Shown in pieces: positions 46,478 through 56,739 of a stretch of DNA of 64,000 nt. Source of the DNA: a virus. Position numbers and translations under genes: made by a program. The notes below the pieces were generated by a model. It saw only the letters and a list, made by a program, of their open reading frames with translations, was not told the DNA's origin and did not search any database. Location of the stretch: IMG/VR virus record IMGVR_UViG_3300035157_001159, positions 24,618 through 88,617 of that record. One strand, given 5' to 3'. The stretch's first letter is position 1; each line of letters opens with the position of its first letter.

Positions 46478-47709
46478 TAGAATCCTACTCCTGGTCCTGC
46501 TGTGTCTGCTTCATAATCTTCTGCGTATATTGGATTGACTTCTTTGAATACCATTCTCATTTCAATATTTGTTGGTGTAGAATCTCCATAGGTAGAATAT
46601 GTACCTGCTCCAGTATAATTAACATTTAATTGTGTTAAAGCACATGGTTTAAATGAATTTAAGAATGGGTGATCCTTACCATTTTTAAGATAGCGTAATA
46701 GAAACAAATCAGGAGATGATAAAAATAATTTTGCTTGTCCACTTACTGTTGAATTTTGTACCTTTCTTCTTGCGGACATTGATTGTTTTAGTTTTCTAAT
46801 TATATCTCTTACAACACCAGCTTCTTTTGGATTTCTAGGTGAGAAAGTTACTGTAAATGGAAATGATCTTAGATTAACTCCTTTAAATAAAAGTTCTAAA
46901 TTTGAGTTTAGGATTTGTCCAGTACTTCTTGCTAATATTGAATCTGTGTCTAAATTTGAGTTAAAGGCATTTAATGCTTTACCTGTTATAGCTGCTTTTA
47001 CAGCATTTGAAACACCATCATCAAGATTGAGATCCATACCCATAGTCATGGCTCTCACAACTGCTTGAATTTTATTAAATGGTATATTAAGACCTCTATC
47101 TATAATACCTTTACCTAAAGCTAATCCTGCCATTTCAAAAATATTAATTGTTTCATCACCCCAACTTACAGAACTAGTGTCACTTATTTGTTGTGGTATT
47201 GGTAATTCTACAAAGTATTTTGTTACAAGATTATGTCCTCTTTTTTCAATTATTTCTGTTTTATCTTCATTTTGATATTCTACTTTAAGACCTTGTGCTA
47301 CGTCTCCTGTATCAGGTCTAAATTTTTGTTCAATTAACCATTTATTTCTAAACTCTGGATTACCCCACTGTTCTTGGGTTACTCCTGATGCTTTAGCCGC
47401 ATCCCAAAATTCTCCTTGTTGTTTTTTTGTATAACTTGTACTTGCAAGCAACGCATCCATGTTACCTGATATAGAAGCACCTAATCCATCTCCTTCACCA
47501 GGAACAACATATTCAATAGCTTTTATCATAAAACTATCTTCATATTCTCTTATATCTCTAGCAGAAGGATATATGAAGACATTACTTGTTTTTCTTTTTG
47601 GTGAAGATTTGAGATTTGTACCTTTTTCTGAGATTACAACGTCACTTACTCCGACAGGATTTCCATCCTTATCATACCTTACTTTTCTATTTTGGGAGAT
47701 AACTGACAT
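46477..47709 (-). CDS. gp48: Baseplate tail-tube cap gp48
   Basis: LPIP..I.D...V.W, N.NLELLF.G..LRSF.F, CALT...VNYT, F.E..PIY. Confidence 0.85.
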   Translation of the reverse strand: MSVISQNRKVRYDKDGNPVGVSDVVISEKGTNLKSSPKRKTSNVFIYPSARDIREYEDSFMIKAIEYVVPGEGDGLGASISGNMDALLASTSYTKKQQGEFWDAAKASGVTQEQWGNPEFRNKWLIEQKFRPDTGDVAQGLKVEYQNEDKTEIIEKRGHNLVTKYFVELPIPQQISDTSSVSWGDETINIFEMAGLALGKGIIDRGLNIPFNKIQAVVRAMTMGMDLNLDDGVSNAVKAAITGKALNAFNSNLDTDSILARSTGQILNSNLELLFKGVNLRSFPFTVTFSPRNPKEAGVVRDIIRKLKQSMSARRKVQNSTVSGQAKLFLSSPDLFLLRYLKNGKDHPFLNSFKPCALTQLNVNYTGAGTYSTYGDSTPTNIEMRMVFKEVNPIYAEDYEADTAGPGVGF

Positions 47710-47730
47710 TAATATCTATTACTTATTGAG

Positions 47731-48156
47731 TTATTTAGTAATGATCTTCTGATATGGTATTGTTCTTGCTGCTCTTAGCTCTATTGGTTTGATATTATAC
47801 AAACCACTCATAACTTCGTCCCATGTGTATGATTTAGTTTCACTCCAATGATAGTTTAATCCACGAAAACCCCAATCAAATACATCAAATACTGCTACTA
47901 ATGGGTGTTGATCATATTGAATGAGGGGTGTTTTTGCATAATATATGAATGTATAGTATTTTCCTGCTTGAACTCCCCTTGGATTTTCTGCTTCTAGAGC
48001 ATCTGTAACTTTAATCATAAGATCATCAGGATCTTCATTTCCAATCAAATCCTGTAAAACTGGTGCTAATCTAATTCCTTCTTTAGCGTCAATTTTTGCT
48101 TTTACTTCTTCATAAGAAGCACCACGGGTTCTTCTTTTAGCTCTTCTTCTTACCAT
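47731..48156 (-). CDS. gp2: DNA end protector gp2-like protein
   Basis: GKYYTFIY.AKT...YDQHPL....GFRGLNYHW; adjacent to gp4. Confidence 0.65.
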   Translation of the reverse strand: MVRRRAKRRTRGASYEEVKAKIDAKEGIRLAPVLQDLIGNEDPDDLMIKVTDALEAENPRGVQAGKYYTFIYYAKTPLIQYDQHPLVAVFDVFDWGFRGLNYHWSETKSYTWDEVMSGLYNIKPIELRAARTIPYQKIITK

Positions 48157-48586
48157 AACTTATACCAAGTTCTTTCTCTGTGATGACTTTAAATTGCCAT
48201 TGTCTATCAGCACACCATTCTCTTGCCCTTTTCCATTTTGTTTGGTTTGTGGCATATGTATAACATTCACGTATATAACCAGGAGTTTGTCTTTTTGGTT
48301 TTTTGGGTGGATGGCATTGTTTTAATGGTTTAACTTCAACAAGATATTTTTGTATTGTTCCAGTCGATTCTCTTAATTTCATATAAAAATCTGGAAAGTA
48401 TCTTCGACGTTTTCCCTCAAATGTATAGGGAATAATAATTTCTTCACTGTTCCATTCTAATACATTTGCATTATTATCACAGTAAACCATGAATTTTCTT
48501 TCCCATAGTGATCGAAATATAATGTTAGTTGGATCACCTTTATACTTGTGAGGAAAAGTTGGACAATATTTTCCTTTATAAGCCAT
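48137..48586 (-). CDS. gp4: Head completion nuclease gp4
   Basis: KYKGDPTNIIFRSLWE, RRYFPDF, EVKP, N..KW..A...C, TEKEL. Confidence 0.92.
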   Translation of the reverse strand: MAYKGKYCPTFPHKYKGDPTNIIFRSLWERKFMVYCDNNANVLEWNSEEIIIPYTFEGKRRRYFPDFYMKLRESTGTIQKYLVEVKPLKQCHPPKKPKRQTPGYIRECYTYATNQTKWKRAREWCADRQWQFKVITEKELGISYGKKKS

Positions 48587-48618
48587 CTAAATAGAAATGA
48601 TATAGTAAGACTATTTAG
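48587..48618. promoter_or_regulatory. Pair of inverted late-promoter-like motifs
   Basis: CTAAATAG (+, 48587-94) and its reverse complement CTATTTAG (48611-18) in the 33-bp divergent gap. Confidence 0.6.
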
Positions 48619-48619
48619 A

Positions 48620-49495
48620 GTGCCAGCACCAATCCCAAAGAAAATATCTCAGATATTACCAAAGTTTCAGAATGTTGCCCAAACTTCTCATTACTTAGTT
48701 AAGTTTGGATTGCCTCCTCATTATAATGGGGATGGTTATTCTTTAGCAGATCATCTTAGACGTAAAGGATTAGATTTTAGATTTGCTGGTGAAGATATTG
48801 GATTGCTTTGTAGTTCTGCTTCTTTACCAGGTAGTGCTTTTGCTACTTCTGAGGTTGTGGGTAATTATCAAGGTGTTGTAGAAAGATTTGCTCATACTAG
48901 AAATTTTACTCAGATAGCTTTAGAATTTTATGTTGATAATTTATATAAGTCATTAAAGTTTTTAGAACATTGGATGGAATATATTTCTGGTGCTAATCCA
49001 TCTGATCCAAAACATCCAACATCTTATCATTTTAAGATGAGGTATCCAGAACTCTATAAATCAAATGAAACTAAAATAGTTAAATTTGAAAAGAATTATA
49101 GACAATTTTTAGAATATAAATTTATTGGTTTATTTCCACTATCATTAAATTCTACAAGAGTTTCTTATCAAAATTCTCAAGTTTTAAAGGCAACTTGTAC
49201 TTTTAGTTATGATCGTTATATTTGTGGAGAAGCCACTACTGCTGCTGAGTTTAGGGGTACGGATCTTAATAATAGTGGTAATAACATTTATAATAATCGA
49301 CCATATTCTTTACCTGCTGTTTTAGGAGCTCAATCTAGAGGAAATCCAATTACTATTTTAAATACTGCTGCTGGACTTCCACAAATTAATAAATCCCAAA
49401 ATCAAGTTTCTTCATTAAATACTGGATTTTCTGGTAGTATTGTAAATGCTAGACCAGATCAAGTTGTTGGATCACGTACTATACCTGTTACATAA
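48620..49495 (+). CDS. Tail-tube-fold protein (gp54/gp19-like)
   Basis: LLC.SASLPG, F.VD, FLEHWMEYI, GLFPLSLN, ..TFSYDRY; in-frame GTG start at 48620. Confidence 0.75.
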   Translation: MPAPIPKKISQILPKFQNVAQTSHYLVKFGLPPHYNGDGYSLADHLRRKGLDFRFAGEDIGLLCSSASLPGSAFATSEVVGNYQGVVERFAHTRNFTQIALEFYVDNLYKSLKFLEHWMEYISGANPSDPKHPTSYHFKMRYPELYKSNETKIVKFEKNYRQFLEYKFIGLFPLSLNSTRVSYQNSQVLKATCTFSYDRYICGEATTAAEFRGTDLNNSGNNIYNNRPYSLPAVLGAQSRGNPITILNTAAGLPQINKSQNQVSSLNTGFSGSIVNARPDQVVGSRTIPVT

Positions 49496-49509
49496 CTTGA
49501 AAATAGTGC

Positions 49510-49517
49510 TATAAATA
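49510..49517 (+). promoter_or_regulatory. T4-type late promoter TATAAATA
   Basis: Exact consensus before gp26. Confidence 0.8.
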
Positions 49518-49539
49518 AAATTACTGAATTGAGCATATT

Positions 49540-50256
49540 ATGCCTTTACCAAAGATTTCGACACCGACGTATGAGTTGGTAATACCTTCGTCAAAAAAGA
49601 AAGTTAAGTTTAGACCATTTTTAGTTAGAGAAGAAAAAATTCTTATTGTCGCAATGGAATCAAATGATCCAAAACAAATTGCGATTGCTGTTAAGGATGT
49701 TCTAAAATCATGTATTCTTAGTAGAGGTATTAAAGTTGAAAACTTGGCAACTTTTGATATTGAGTATTTGTTTTTAAATGTGAGAGGGAAATCTGTTGGT
49801 GAGGAGGTTGAAGTTACTATTACTTGTCCAGATGATAATGAAACTCAAGTTCCTTCAATTATTAATTTGGATGATATAAAAGTTCAGATTAGTGAAGATC
49901 ATAGTCCTGATATAAAATTGGATGATCAGTATACTTTAAGAATGAAGTATCCATCTATGGATGAGTTTATTAAAACTAATTTTCAGACAGGTGAAATAAG
50001 TGTTGATGATACTTTTCAGTTAATTGCTTCTTGTATAGAACAAGTTTATTCTGAAGAGGAATCTTGGGCAGGTACTGATTGTACAAAGAAAGAGTTATCT
50101 GAATTTATTGGATCTTTAAATACAAAACAGTTTAAAGATGTGGAGAACTTTTTTGAAACCATGCCTAAATTATCCCATACAGTAAAGGTAACTAATCCAA
50201 ATACAAAAGTTGAGAGTGAGATTGTGTTGGAGGGATTGCAAAGTTTTTTCGCATAA
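49540..50256 (+). CDS. gp26: Baseplate hub assembly protein gp26
   Basis: MPLPKI..PTYEL, FRPFLVREEKIL, FDIEYLFL..RGKSVGE, LEGLQSFF. Confidence 0.92.
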   Translation: MPLPKISTPTYELVIPSSKKKVKFRPFLVREEKILIVAMESNDPKQIAIAVKDVLKSCILSRGIKVENLATFDIEYLFLNVRGKSVGEEVEVTITCPDDNETQVPSIINLDDIKVQISEDHSPDIKLDDQYTLRMKYPSMDEFIKTNFQTGEISVDDTFQLIASCIEQVYSEEESWAGTDCTKKELSEFIGSLNTKQFKDVENFFETMPKLSHTVKVTNPNTKVESEIVLEGLQSFFA

Positions 50257-50258
50257 GT

Positions 50259-50438
50259 ATGGCTCATGAAGATCTTGAGTCATACTATAAGATTAATTTT
50301 GCTTTGATGCAACACCATAAATATAGCTTAACAGAGATAGAAAATATGATGCCGTGGGAAAGAGAAATCTATCTTGCTCTTCTCCAACAATATATTGAAG
50401 AAGAAAATCTAAAAGCACAGCAACAATCGAATGGCTGA
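50259..50438 (+). CDS. gp51: Baseplate hub assembly catalyst gp51, 59 aa (not in ORF track)
   Basis: YYKINFALMQHHKYSLTEIENMMPWEREIY..LL. Confidence 0.85.
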   Translation: MAHEDLESYYKINFALMQHHKYSLTEIENMMPWEREIYLALLQQYIEEENLKAQQQSNG

Positions 50439-51891
50439 ACAACTAAAATCACCAATATCAGGAGGAATACGTGCAGTAAGAAATAAAGTTCCTGCTAGTA
50501 TGTTTGCTGCTCCTGTTGCAAAGCAACAAGCTGCTCAATCTCAGGATACTGTTACACCAGTTTTAGTACAAAATAATACTTTATTATTGGGTAATGTTGT
50601 TAGACAACTTAATGTTGTTACACAACAAATGCGTAATTTAAGAGAAGGTATAGATGTTGTAAGAAGCAATATGGAGCTTCAGCTTTCTTTAGATAGACAA
50701 AGAGAAGCAGCAGAAGCAAAAAGACAATTTGAGGCATCAGAAGAAAATTATAGATCAGAAGGTGAGAAGAGGATAGAGCAAAAAACTCAAGCAGCTTTAA
50801 TAACACCGTTTTCTAGAATAGCATCAAAAGCTCAACTTACTTTGGGTTCTTTGGGTAAATTTTTCACTACTTTATTTTTTGGGTGGTTGGCAAATAAAGG
50901 CATACAAGCTATGCAAGCTATGTCTGATGGTAATAGGAAAAAATTAAAACAAATTGGTTTAACTGTTGCTGGATCATTACTTACTATTGGTGCGTTATTC
51001 TTAACTAGTAAGTTTGGTATAGCTAGAATTGTTGGTACTTTAGGTAGAATACTTTTTACTACTAAGGGATTTGCTCTTGGTAAAGTATTCAGTGCACCTT
51101 TTATATGGTTTGGTAATATTTTTAGAGGTATTCTTGGATTCCTTGTTACAAAATTTCCTTGGGTTTTATTAGGTGCTTCACTTCCTCAAGCAGGTTGGAA
51201 TAATGATCAAGGTTATAATGAGGGTGGATTAGTAGAAGGAGGTTCTGATGAAAACGAAGGATCAAATAAGGTAAATGAATTATTAGAAAAATATCCAGAA
51301 TCTAGACTCGAAAATAATAATAATGTTGTTGGTATTACAACATCAAGTGAACTAAAATCTATTGAAAAGAAAGATGAAGAACAAGGGTGGTTTAAGAAAT
51401 TTATGAGCTTTGATTGGTTATTGGGTGCTGAAGTTCCTTTAGATGAAAATCGTCAACCAATAATACCAGAGGGTGGTAATGGTCAAGACTCTAATGTAAT
51501 TATAGATGGAAATGAAGAGAATGTAAATAAAGATATAATAGTTAACAGTGTAGAGGATTTTCGTGAGAAATATCCAAATTCTGTTCTTCCTGAAGGTTTT
51601 AGTACATCCCCTTGGGGATTTGGTATGAATAAAACAGGTTCATTTGATGCTTCTTCAATTGAACCAATTAAAAAAGATCAAAGTAATATAAGTGAAGTAA
51701 TAAGTAAAGAAGTTGAAACTGGTCCAACGATAATTCCTATTCCTATTAGTGGTAGTAGTAAAAATCCTCTTGATAATTCAGGAAAAGTTGGTGGAGCATC
51801 TGGAACTGTACCAACTATACCACCATTGAATGATAGTAATAATTATGTCTATACGGCATATAAAGAATTTAATATAAGTCCTGTTAGATAA
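50431..51891 (+). CDS. Tape-measure/gp29-like protein 1
   Basis: Coiled-coil N-terminus, amphipathic Gly/Phe/Leu-rich helices, GYNEGGLV; follows gp26/gp51. Confidence 0.6.
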   Translation: MAEQLKSPISGGIRAVRNKVPASMFAAPVAKQQAAQSQDTVTPVLVQNNTLLLGNVVRQLNVVTQQMRNLREGIDVVRSNMELQLSLDRQREAAEAKRQFEASEENYRSEGEKRIEQKTQAALITPFSRIASKAQLTLGSLGKFFTTLFFGWLANKGIQAMQAMSDGNRKKLKQIGLTVAGSLLTIGALFLTSKFGIARIVGTLGRILFTTKGFALGKVFSAPFIWFGNIFRGILGFLVTKFPWVLLGASLPQAGWNNDQGYNEGGLVEGGSDENEGSNKVNELLEKYPESRLENNNNVVGITTSSELKSIEKKDEEQGWFKKFMSFDWLLGAEVPLDENRQPIIPEGGNGQDSNVIIDGNEENVNKDIIVNSVEDFREKYPNSVLPEGFSTSPWGFGMNKTGSFDASSIEPIKKDQSNISEVISKEVETGPTIIPIPISGSSKNPLDNSGKVGGASGTVPTIPPLNDSNNYVYTAYKEFNISPVR

Positions 51892-51893
51892 TT

Positions 51894-53285
51894 ATGGCTG
51901 TTGCTCAAAGAAAACTTAGGAGGTCTTTACTAAATTCTTCTATTAATATTAGAAAAATTAGTGAAAGTATGTCTACCTTTGGCAAATCAATTGTCAAAAC
52001 AAGTAGAACTACCTCTGAAATTATTGATGTAACTCAGGATAGAGCTAAGTTTACAAATAGACTTATTAAAGATGATGATAGATATTTTAGAAGAAGAGTA
52101 GAGGCAAGAAGAAGGAGAAATAATGAAGATATTATAGAAGCTTCTACTATTACTGGAGTTGTTAAGCGTACTGGTAAAATACGTACTAGTAGTACTAAAG
52201 GATTTTTAGGTAGAATAATGGATTTCTTTGGTATTCTTTTTCTTGGTTGGGGTCTTAAATATCTACCATCGATTATAAAGGGTGCTAATGCTTTGATGAA
52301 AGGTATGGGTAAGTTAGTTTTAATTTTAAAAGATTATCTATCTGGAACTTATGATATACTTAGTGGATTTGGTGGAGCTTTAACATCTATTGGAAAGTCT
52401 GTATTAACTATGGACTTCAGTACTCTAGCTCAAGATTTGGGTGAGAATTTGGGTAAGGTTGTTGATGGTTTTGGTGATTTATATAATGCTATAGTGGAAT
52501 CTTTTCAGGCTGTAGCAAATCCTGTATGGTGGGGTCTTAATATAATTAAAAGGAGTTTTTGGCAGTTTGGTAGACCTGATCCTAATGAAATGGGTGATGA
52601 TTCCAATCCTGGTTATAATAAAGGTGGATTAGTTAAACATGATACACCTCCTGCTGTTAGAAATAAACCTAAATTATCTCCTATTAAACCATTAAAGTTT
52701 AATACTGGTGGATCGGTTAAGACTAAGGGAACTGTTGGATATGATACTGTTCCTGCTTGGTTAACATCTGGTGAATATGTTATAACACAATCTGTTGTTA
52801 ATGATTTGGGTACAGAATTTTTTGATGCGATAAATTCAATGACATACCATCCTTCAATTAAGGATATTGATGTTACTGAAGATCAAACTGATAAGTATAG
52901 GAAATTTCAGCAAAGAATGTCTAGAAAATGGGCATTTGAGTTTGATAGATTTGTTGATAGTGTTACGAACTTTATATCTAACATAGAGCAACCAACTTTT
53001 AATCCTGAGGATATAATTTCTAAGATCAATGCTGAATTGGATTCAAATTCTGAAGAACTTGAAAATATAGGACTCAAAATTAATAATATGATAAAGGTGA
53101 TTAATAAAGATATATCTAATATTCAATTTGAACCAGTTAGTAAAACCAAACAGATTTTTGTTCCTATATCAGATGGTCAAGATAGTCAACAAGCACTTCC
53201 AGATGTTACTGGACAATATATTGGTGATATTATAAGTAAAAATGTTAATATTATGAAAATACTTCAAGATTTAAAATACGCTTAA
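51894..53285 (+). CDS. Tape-measure/gp29-like protein 2
   Basis: Same architecture; GYNKGGLV, FNTGG...DTVPAWLTSGEYVI motif typical of tape-measure proteins. Confidence 0.62.
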   Translation: MAVAQRKLRRSLLNSSINIRKISESMSTFGKSIVKTSRTTSEIIDVTQDRAKFTNRLIKDDDRYFRRRVEARRRRNNEDIIEASTITGVVKRTGKIRTSSTKGFLGRIMDFFGILFLGWGLKYLPSIIKGANALMKGMGKLVLILKDYLSGTYDILSGFGGALTSIGKSVLTMDFSTLAQDLGENLGKVVDGFGDLYNAIVESFQAVANPVWWGLNIIKRSFWQFGRPDPNEMGDDSNPGYNKGGLVKHDTPPAVRNKPKLSPIKPLKFNTGGSVKTKGTVGYDTVPAWLTSGEYVITQSVVNDLGTEFFDAINSMTYHPSIKDIDVTEDQTDKYRKFQQRMSRKWAFEFDRFVDSVTNFISNIEQPTFNPEDIISKINAELDSNSEELENIGLKINNMIKVINKDISNIQFEPVSKTKQIFVPISDGQDSQQALPDVTGQYIGDIISKNVNIMKILQDLKYA

Positions 53286-53286
53286 A

Positions 53287-54636
53287 ATGGCAGCAAAAGA
53301 TCCCTCTATTTACGAATATATTATAATTGAGTCATCTGACGGTAAACGTAAAGTTAATATAGAACCTGCTGTTGTTGGATTTCAATACTATGAAGATATA
53401 TTTTCTCCAACAATTACAGCAAAGATGTTGATTGTCAATACAGGTCAGAGTATAAAAGATCCTGATGGTAATAAGTTACAATCGCTTTATAATGGTTTAC
53501 CTATAAGGGGTGGTGAAAGGGTTGTTATGAAAATTTCTGGTAATACTAAAGATAATCCAGGATTAGCTTTCTCTAAAGATGATCCTAATAAACATCTTTA
53601 TGTTTCTAGTGTTACTAGTGTAAGTAGAACATCTACACTTGAATCGTTTGTTTTAAATTTAGTATCAAGAGAAGCTATAACTAATGAAACTTCTAGGGTT
53701 GGTAAAAAATATAAAGCTGGAAAAATATCTGAAACTGTAACTTCGATAGTTAAAGAATTTCTTAAGACAGAAAAAGAGATGGATGTTGATGAGACTGAAA
53801 ATAAGTATGTTTTTATTGGTAATATGAGAAAACCATTTACATTATTGACTTGGTTGGCTTCTAAATCTGTTCCTGGTGGAAAGGAAACTAAAGAAGGTAG
53901 TGGTGGAACTGCTGGATATTGTTTTTATGAAACTATGAGTGGATTTAAGTATAAGTCTATTGATGGTTTAGTGACTCAAGAACCGTTTGATAAAGAGTAT
54001 CAATATACTGAAGTTGTTGATAGTAGTGCAATGGAAGATGATTATAAGATTATAAAATATAGAACTGATGAGAATCAAGATTTACTTGGAAAGTTAAAGA
54101 GAGGTGCTTATTGTAGTTATAGAATGTATTTTGACCCTCTTGAATTGAATTATAGAGATAAATTATTTGATCAATCTGATTATAGTGGTAAAGTAAAAAA
54201 TACTGGAGAACCAATAGTTTTACCTCCTGTAGCACAGGATGCTGATAAAACTTTAGGTGAAATTCCTAGTAGATTTATAACTGCTATTATAGATAGGGGA
54301 ACTTTTGATCCTGATCCTAAGACGACTGCAAAAGAATTAGCAGATAAAAAAGATCCAAATGCTTACCCTATGAAGGTTCAGGCACAATCTTTGATGAGAT
54401 ATAATACTATTATGACTCAGACAATATCAATGACAATACCTTCTAATACTAATTTAGAAGCTGGTAAGCTTATTAAATGTTCATTCCCTCTTCTTACTGT
54501 TTCTAAGGATAAATCTGATGATCCACAACAAAGTGGTCTATATATGATTAGAGGACTATGTCATTATTTTGATTCTGATGGATCATACACTTCTTTGGAG
54601 TTAATTAAGGATACTTTTGGAGAGCAAGAAAAATGA
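53287..54636 (+). CDS. Baseplate hub protein (gp27-like)
   Basis: YYEDIFSP, LPIRGGE, FYET..GF..KSID, SGLYMI..LCH; directly upstream of gp5. Confidence 0.7.
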   Translation: MAAKDPSIYEYIIIESSDGKRKVNIEPAVVGFQYYEDIFSPTITAKMLIVNTGQSIKDPDGNKLQSLYNGLPIRGGERVVMKISGNTKDNPGLAFSKDDPNKHLYVSSVTSVSRTSTLESFVLNLVSREAITNETSRVGKKYKAGKISETVTSIVKEFLKTEKEMDVDETENKYVFIGNMRKPFTLLTWLASKSVPGGKETKEGSGGTAGYCFYETMSGFKYKSIDGLVTQEPFDKEYQYTEVVDSSAMEDDYKIIKYRTDENQDLLGKLKRGAYCSYRMYFDPLELNYRDKLFDQSDYSGKVKNTGEPIVLPPVAQDADKTLGEIPSRFITAIIDRGTFDPDPKTTAKELADKKDPNAYPMKVQAQSLMRYNTIMTQTISMTIPSNTNLEAGKLIKCSFPLLTVSKDKSDDPQQSGLYMIRGLCHYFDSDGSYTSLELIKDTFGEQEK

Positions 54637-56711
54637 TTGAAGAGTCATTAATAAAAAGTAATTTTTTAGGTAGAGATGGATTTATATGGTGGGTTGGGCA
54701 AATCGCACCAGAAGAAGCACAAGGTGCTCAGATAAATGGTGGTGGGTTAGGTAATAGATTTAAGGTTCGTATTCTTGGGTATCATCCTTATGATGAGGCA
54801 ACCTTAGAAAATGATGATCTTCCTTGGGCACAAGTTTTATTAAGTCCTACTGATGGATCTGGAAGAGCTAATAGAGCAACGAGTGTAAAATTATCACCTG
54901 GTGATAATGTTTTTGGATTCTTTTTGGATGGAGACGATGCTCAACAACCAGTTATAATGGGTGTGTTTGGTGGTACACTTACTTCAGAACCATATATAAC
55001 TGAAAAATTTGAAAATCCTTTTCAACCATTTAAAGGATATACTTCTAAAATAACAAATGATGGTGCTTACATTATAAACAGGGAATCTAATGAGGCGAAT
55101 ACTAAATCGCAAGTTTCCCCAAGACATGTTCCTACATCAATGTTATCCGCACTTGGTGAGGATGCTAGGACTGCTTATAATGCTATAGGATCTACTGTTG
55201 TTGCTGCTACTCCTTCACAATCTTCTGCAGTACAGAAAATTAGTGGAGAAGTTAATAATCTTGTTAGTAAAATTCAATCCATAACTGGTGGTCTTGGAGA
55301 TGCTGTTGGTGCTATATCTGGTAAAGTTTCTAAACTTATAGATGGTGTCACATCTAGTATTAAAGGTATATCTAAGGGATTGGTTAATAATATGACTAAT
55401 AATCTCTTTAGTAAGGGATTAGCACCAGTATTGAAAGGTGGATTGGGTATATTATATAAAACTGTTTTCGGTCAAGTTTTAGCTGCTACAGGTAAAACTT
55501 CTTTTGCGAAGAGAGCTGGTGCTGCAGCACAGGGAGCAATGATGCCAGCAATTAAAGCTATGCAAAATATATTACCTTGTATTACTTCTAAAATAATGGA
55601 TGGTCTTGGTGGAATAATTAAGCAATTGCTTCAAAGTGTAGCGGATAATGTATCTAATTTTGTTTCTTGTATTGCTGATCAATTTGTTGGTGGTTTATTT
55701 AATTCTATTGTAGGTGGAATTACTAATGCGATGAGTGGAGTTATGGGAGGAGTAGGTAAACTTCTTGGTTTTATGGGTGGATTTGATATAGGTGGTTTTC
55801 TTAGAGGTAAAGCAGAGGGATTGTTGGGATTAGTTGGTGCTTTAACTTGTGATACTTCAGAACCAACATTTAATAAGAAGACTGGAGAATGGACAATTGG
55901 TAAAGGTCCTAAAAATATAATTGGTGTTTCTGTTGATGCTATAGTAAAAGTTGCTAATGCTGCGGATAAACTTGTAGAAGATATTGTAGGTGGTATTCAG
56001 GGAATAAGTGTTGCTTCTGGATCTTTAGGAATGTTTGATTTCTTGAATCCAAGTGTAAGTAATCCTGGATTTAAGAGTGGACTTGGGGAATGTTATGCTG
56101 GTCCTCCATTAAATTGTGCTGGATTGAAGGTTAATATTTTTGGTGGTGGAGGTACACAAGCACTTGGTAAAGCAATTATGGGATCTATAGTTGGTGATAA
56201 TGCTGCTGCTGTTGGAAGTCTTATTGGAATTGATTTGGTTAGTGGTGGATCTGGATACACAACACCACCATATGTTGAGATAACTGATAATTGTAATAAA
56301 GGAGTTGGTGCTATAGCAAGAGCAGTTATAGATCAGGATGAAGATTCTCCTACTTATCAACAGGTAACAGACATTTATATTGTATCAGAAGGTGAAGGAT
56401 ACCCAATACCTGAGGATCAAGATCCTGTTGTAATAGATCATATTGTTATTGTTAATCCTGGACAAGATTATGATAGTGATGATACAATTACTGATGGTGA
56501 TAATGAATATACTATTCGTGTTGATGGTAGAGGACATATTGTAGATGTCTTTTCACCAGATAATTCATTATTAAATCAGAAAGAGATTGAGGAATTGCCA
56601 TCACTTACTATTAACACTAAAACTGGGTACGGTGCTGTATTAAAAGCTGCCTTGAAGGTTAAACCTACCTATCAAGGAGAAGTTAAGCAAGTTATCGACT
56701 GTGTGAGTTGA
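54633..56711 (+). CDS. gp5: Baseplate hub/spike gp5-like protein (N-terminal OB fold)
   Basis: GF.WW.G, R.KVRILGYH, LPWA, VFGFFLDG..AQQPVIMG. Confidence 0.85.
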   Translation: MIEESLIKSNFLGRDGFIWWVGQIAPEEAQGAQINGGGLGNRFKVRILGYHPYDEATLENDDLPWAQVLLSPTDGSGRANRATSVKLSPGDNVFGFFLDGDDAQQPVIMGVFGGTLTSEPYITEKFENPFQPFKGYTSKITNDGAYIINRESNEANTKSQVSPRHVPTSMLSALGEDARTAYNAIGSTVVAATPSQSSAVQKISGEVNNLVSKIQSITGGLGDAVGAISGKVSKLIDGVTSSIKGISKGLVNNMTNNLFSKGLAPVLKGGLGILYKTVFGQVLAATGKTSFAKRAGAAAQGAMMPAIKAMQNILPCITSKIMDGLGGIIKQLLQSVADNVSNFVSCIADQFVGGLFNSIVGGITNAMSGVMGGVGKLLGFMGGFDIGGFLRGKAEGLLGLVGALTCDTSEPTFNKKTGEWTIGKGPKNIIGVSVDAIVKVANAADKLVEDIVGGIQGISVASGSLGMFDFLNPSVSNPGFKSGLGECYAGPPLNCAGLKVNIFGGGGTQALGKAIMGSIVGDNAAAVGSLIGIDLVSGGSGYTTPPYVEITDNCNKGVGAIARAVIDQDEDSPTYQQVTDIYIVSEGEGYPIPEDQDPVVIDHIVIVNPGQDYDSDDTITDGDNEYTIRVDGRGHIVDVFSPDNSLLNQKEIEELPSLTINTKTGYGAVLKAALKVKPTYQGEVKQVIDCVS

Positions 56712-56712
56712 A

Positions 56713-56719
56713 ATAAATA
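56713..56719 (+). promoter_or_regulatory. Late promoter-like ATAAATA
   Basis: Intergenic, before ORF 56740. Confidence 0.6.
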
Positions 56720-56739
56720 AAAGGGTATAGTATTAGAAT

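Noticed and set aside
48548-48619. Upstream start for the tail-tube-fold gene
   Set aside because: Would overlap gp4 on the opposite strand and precede the late promoter; GTG at 48620 preferred
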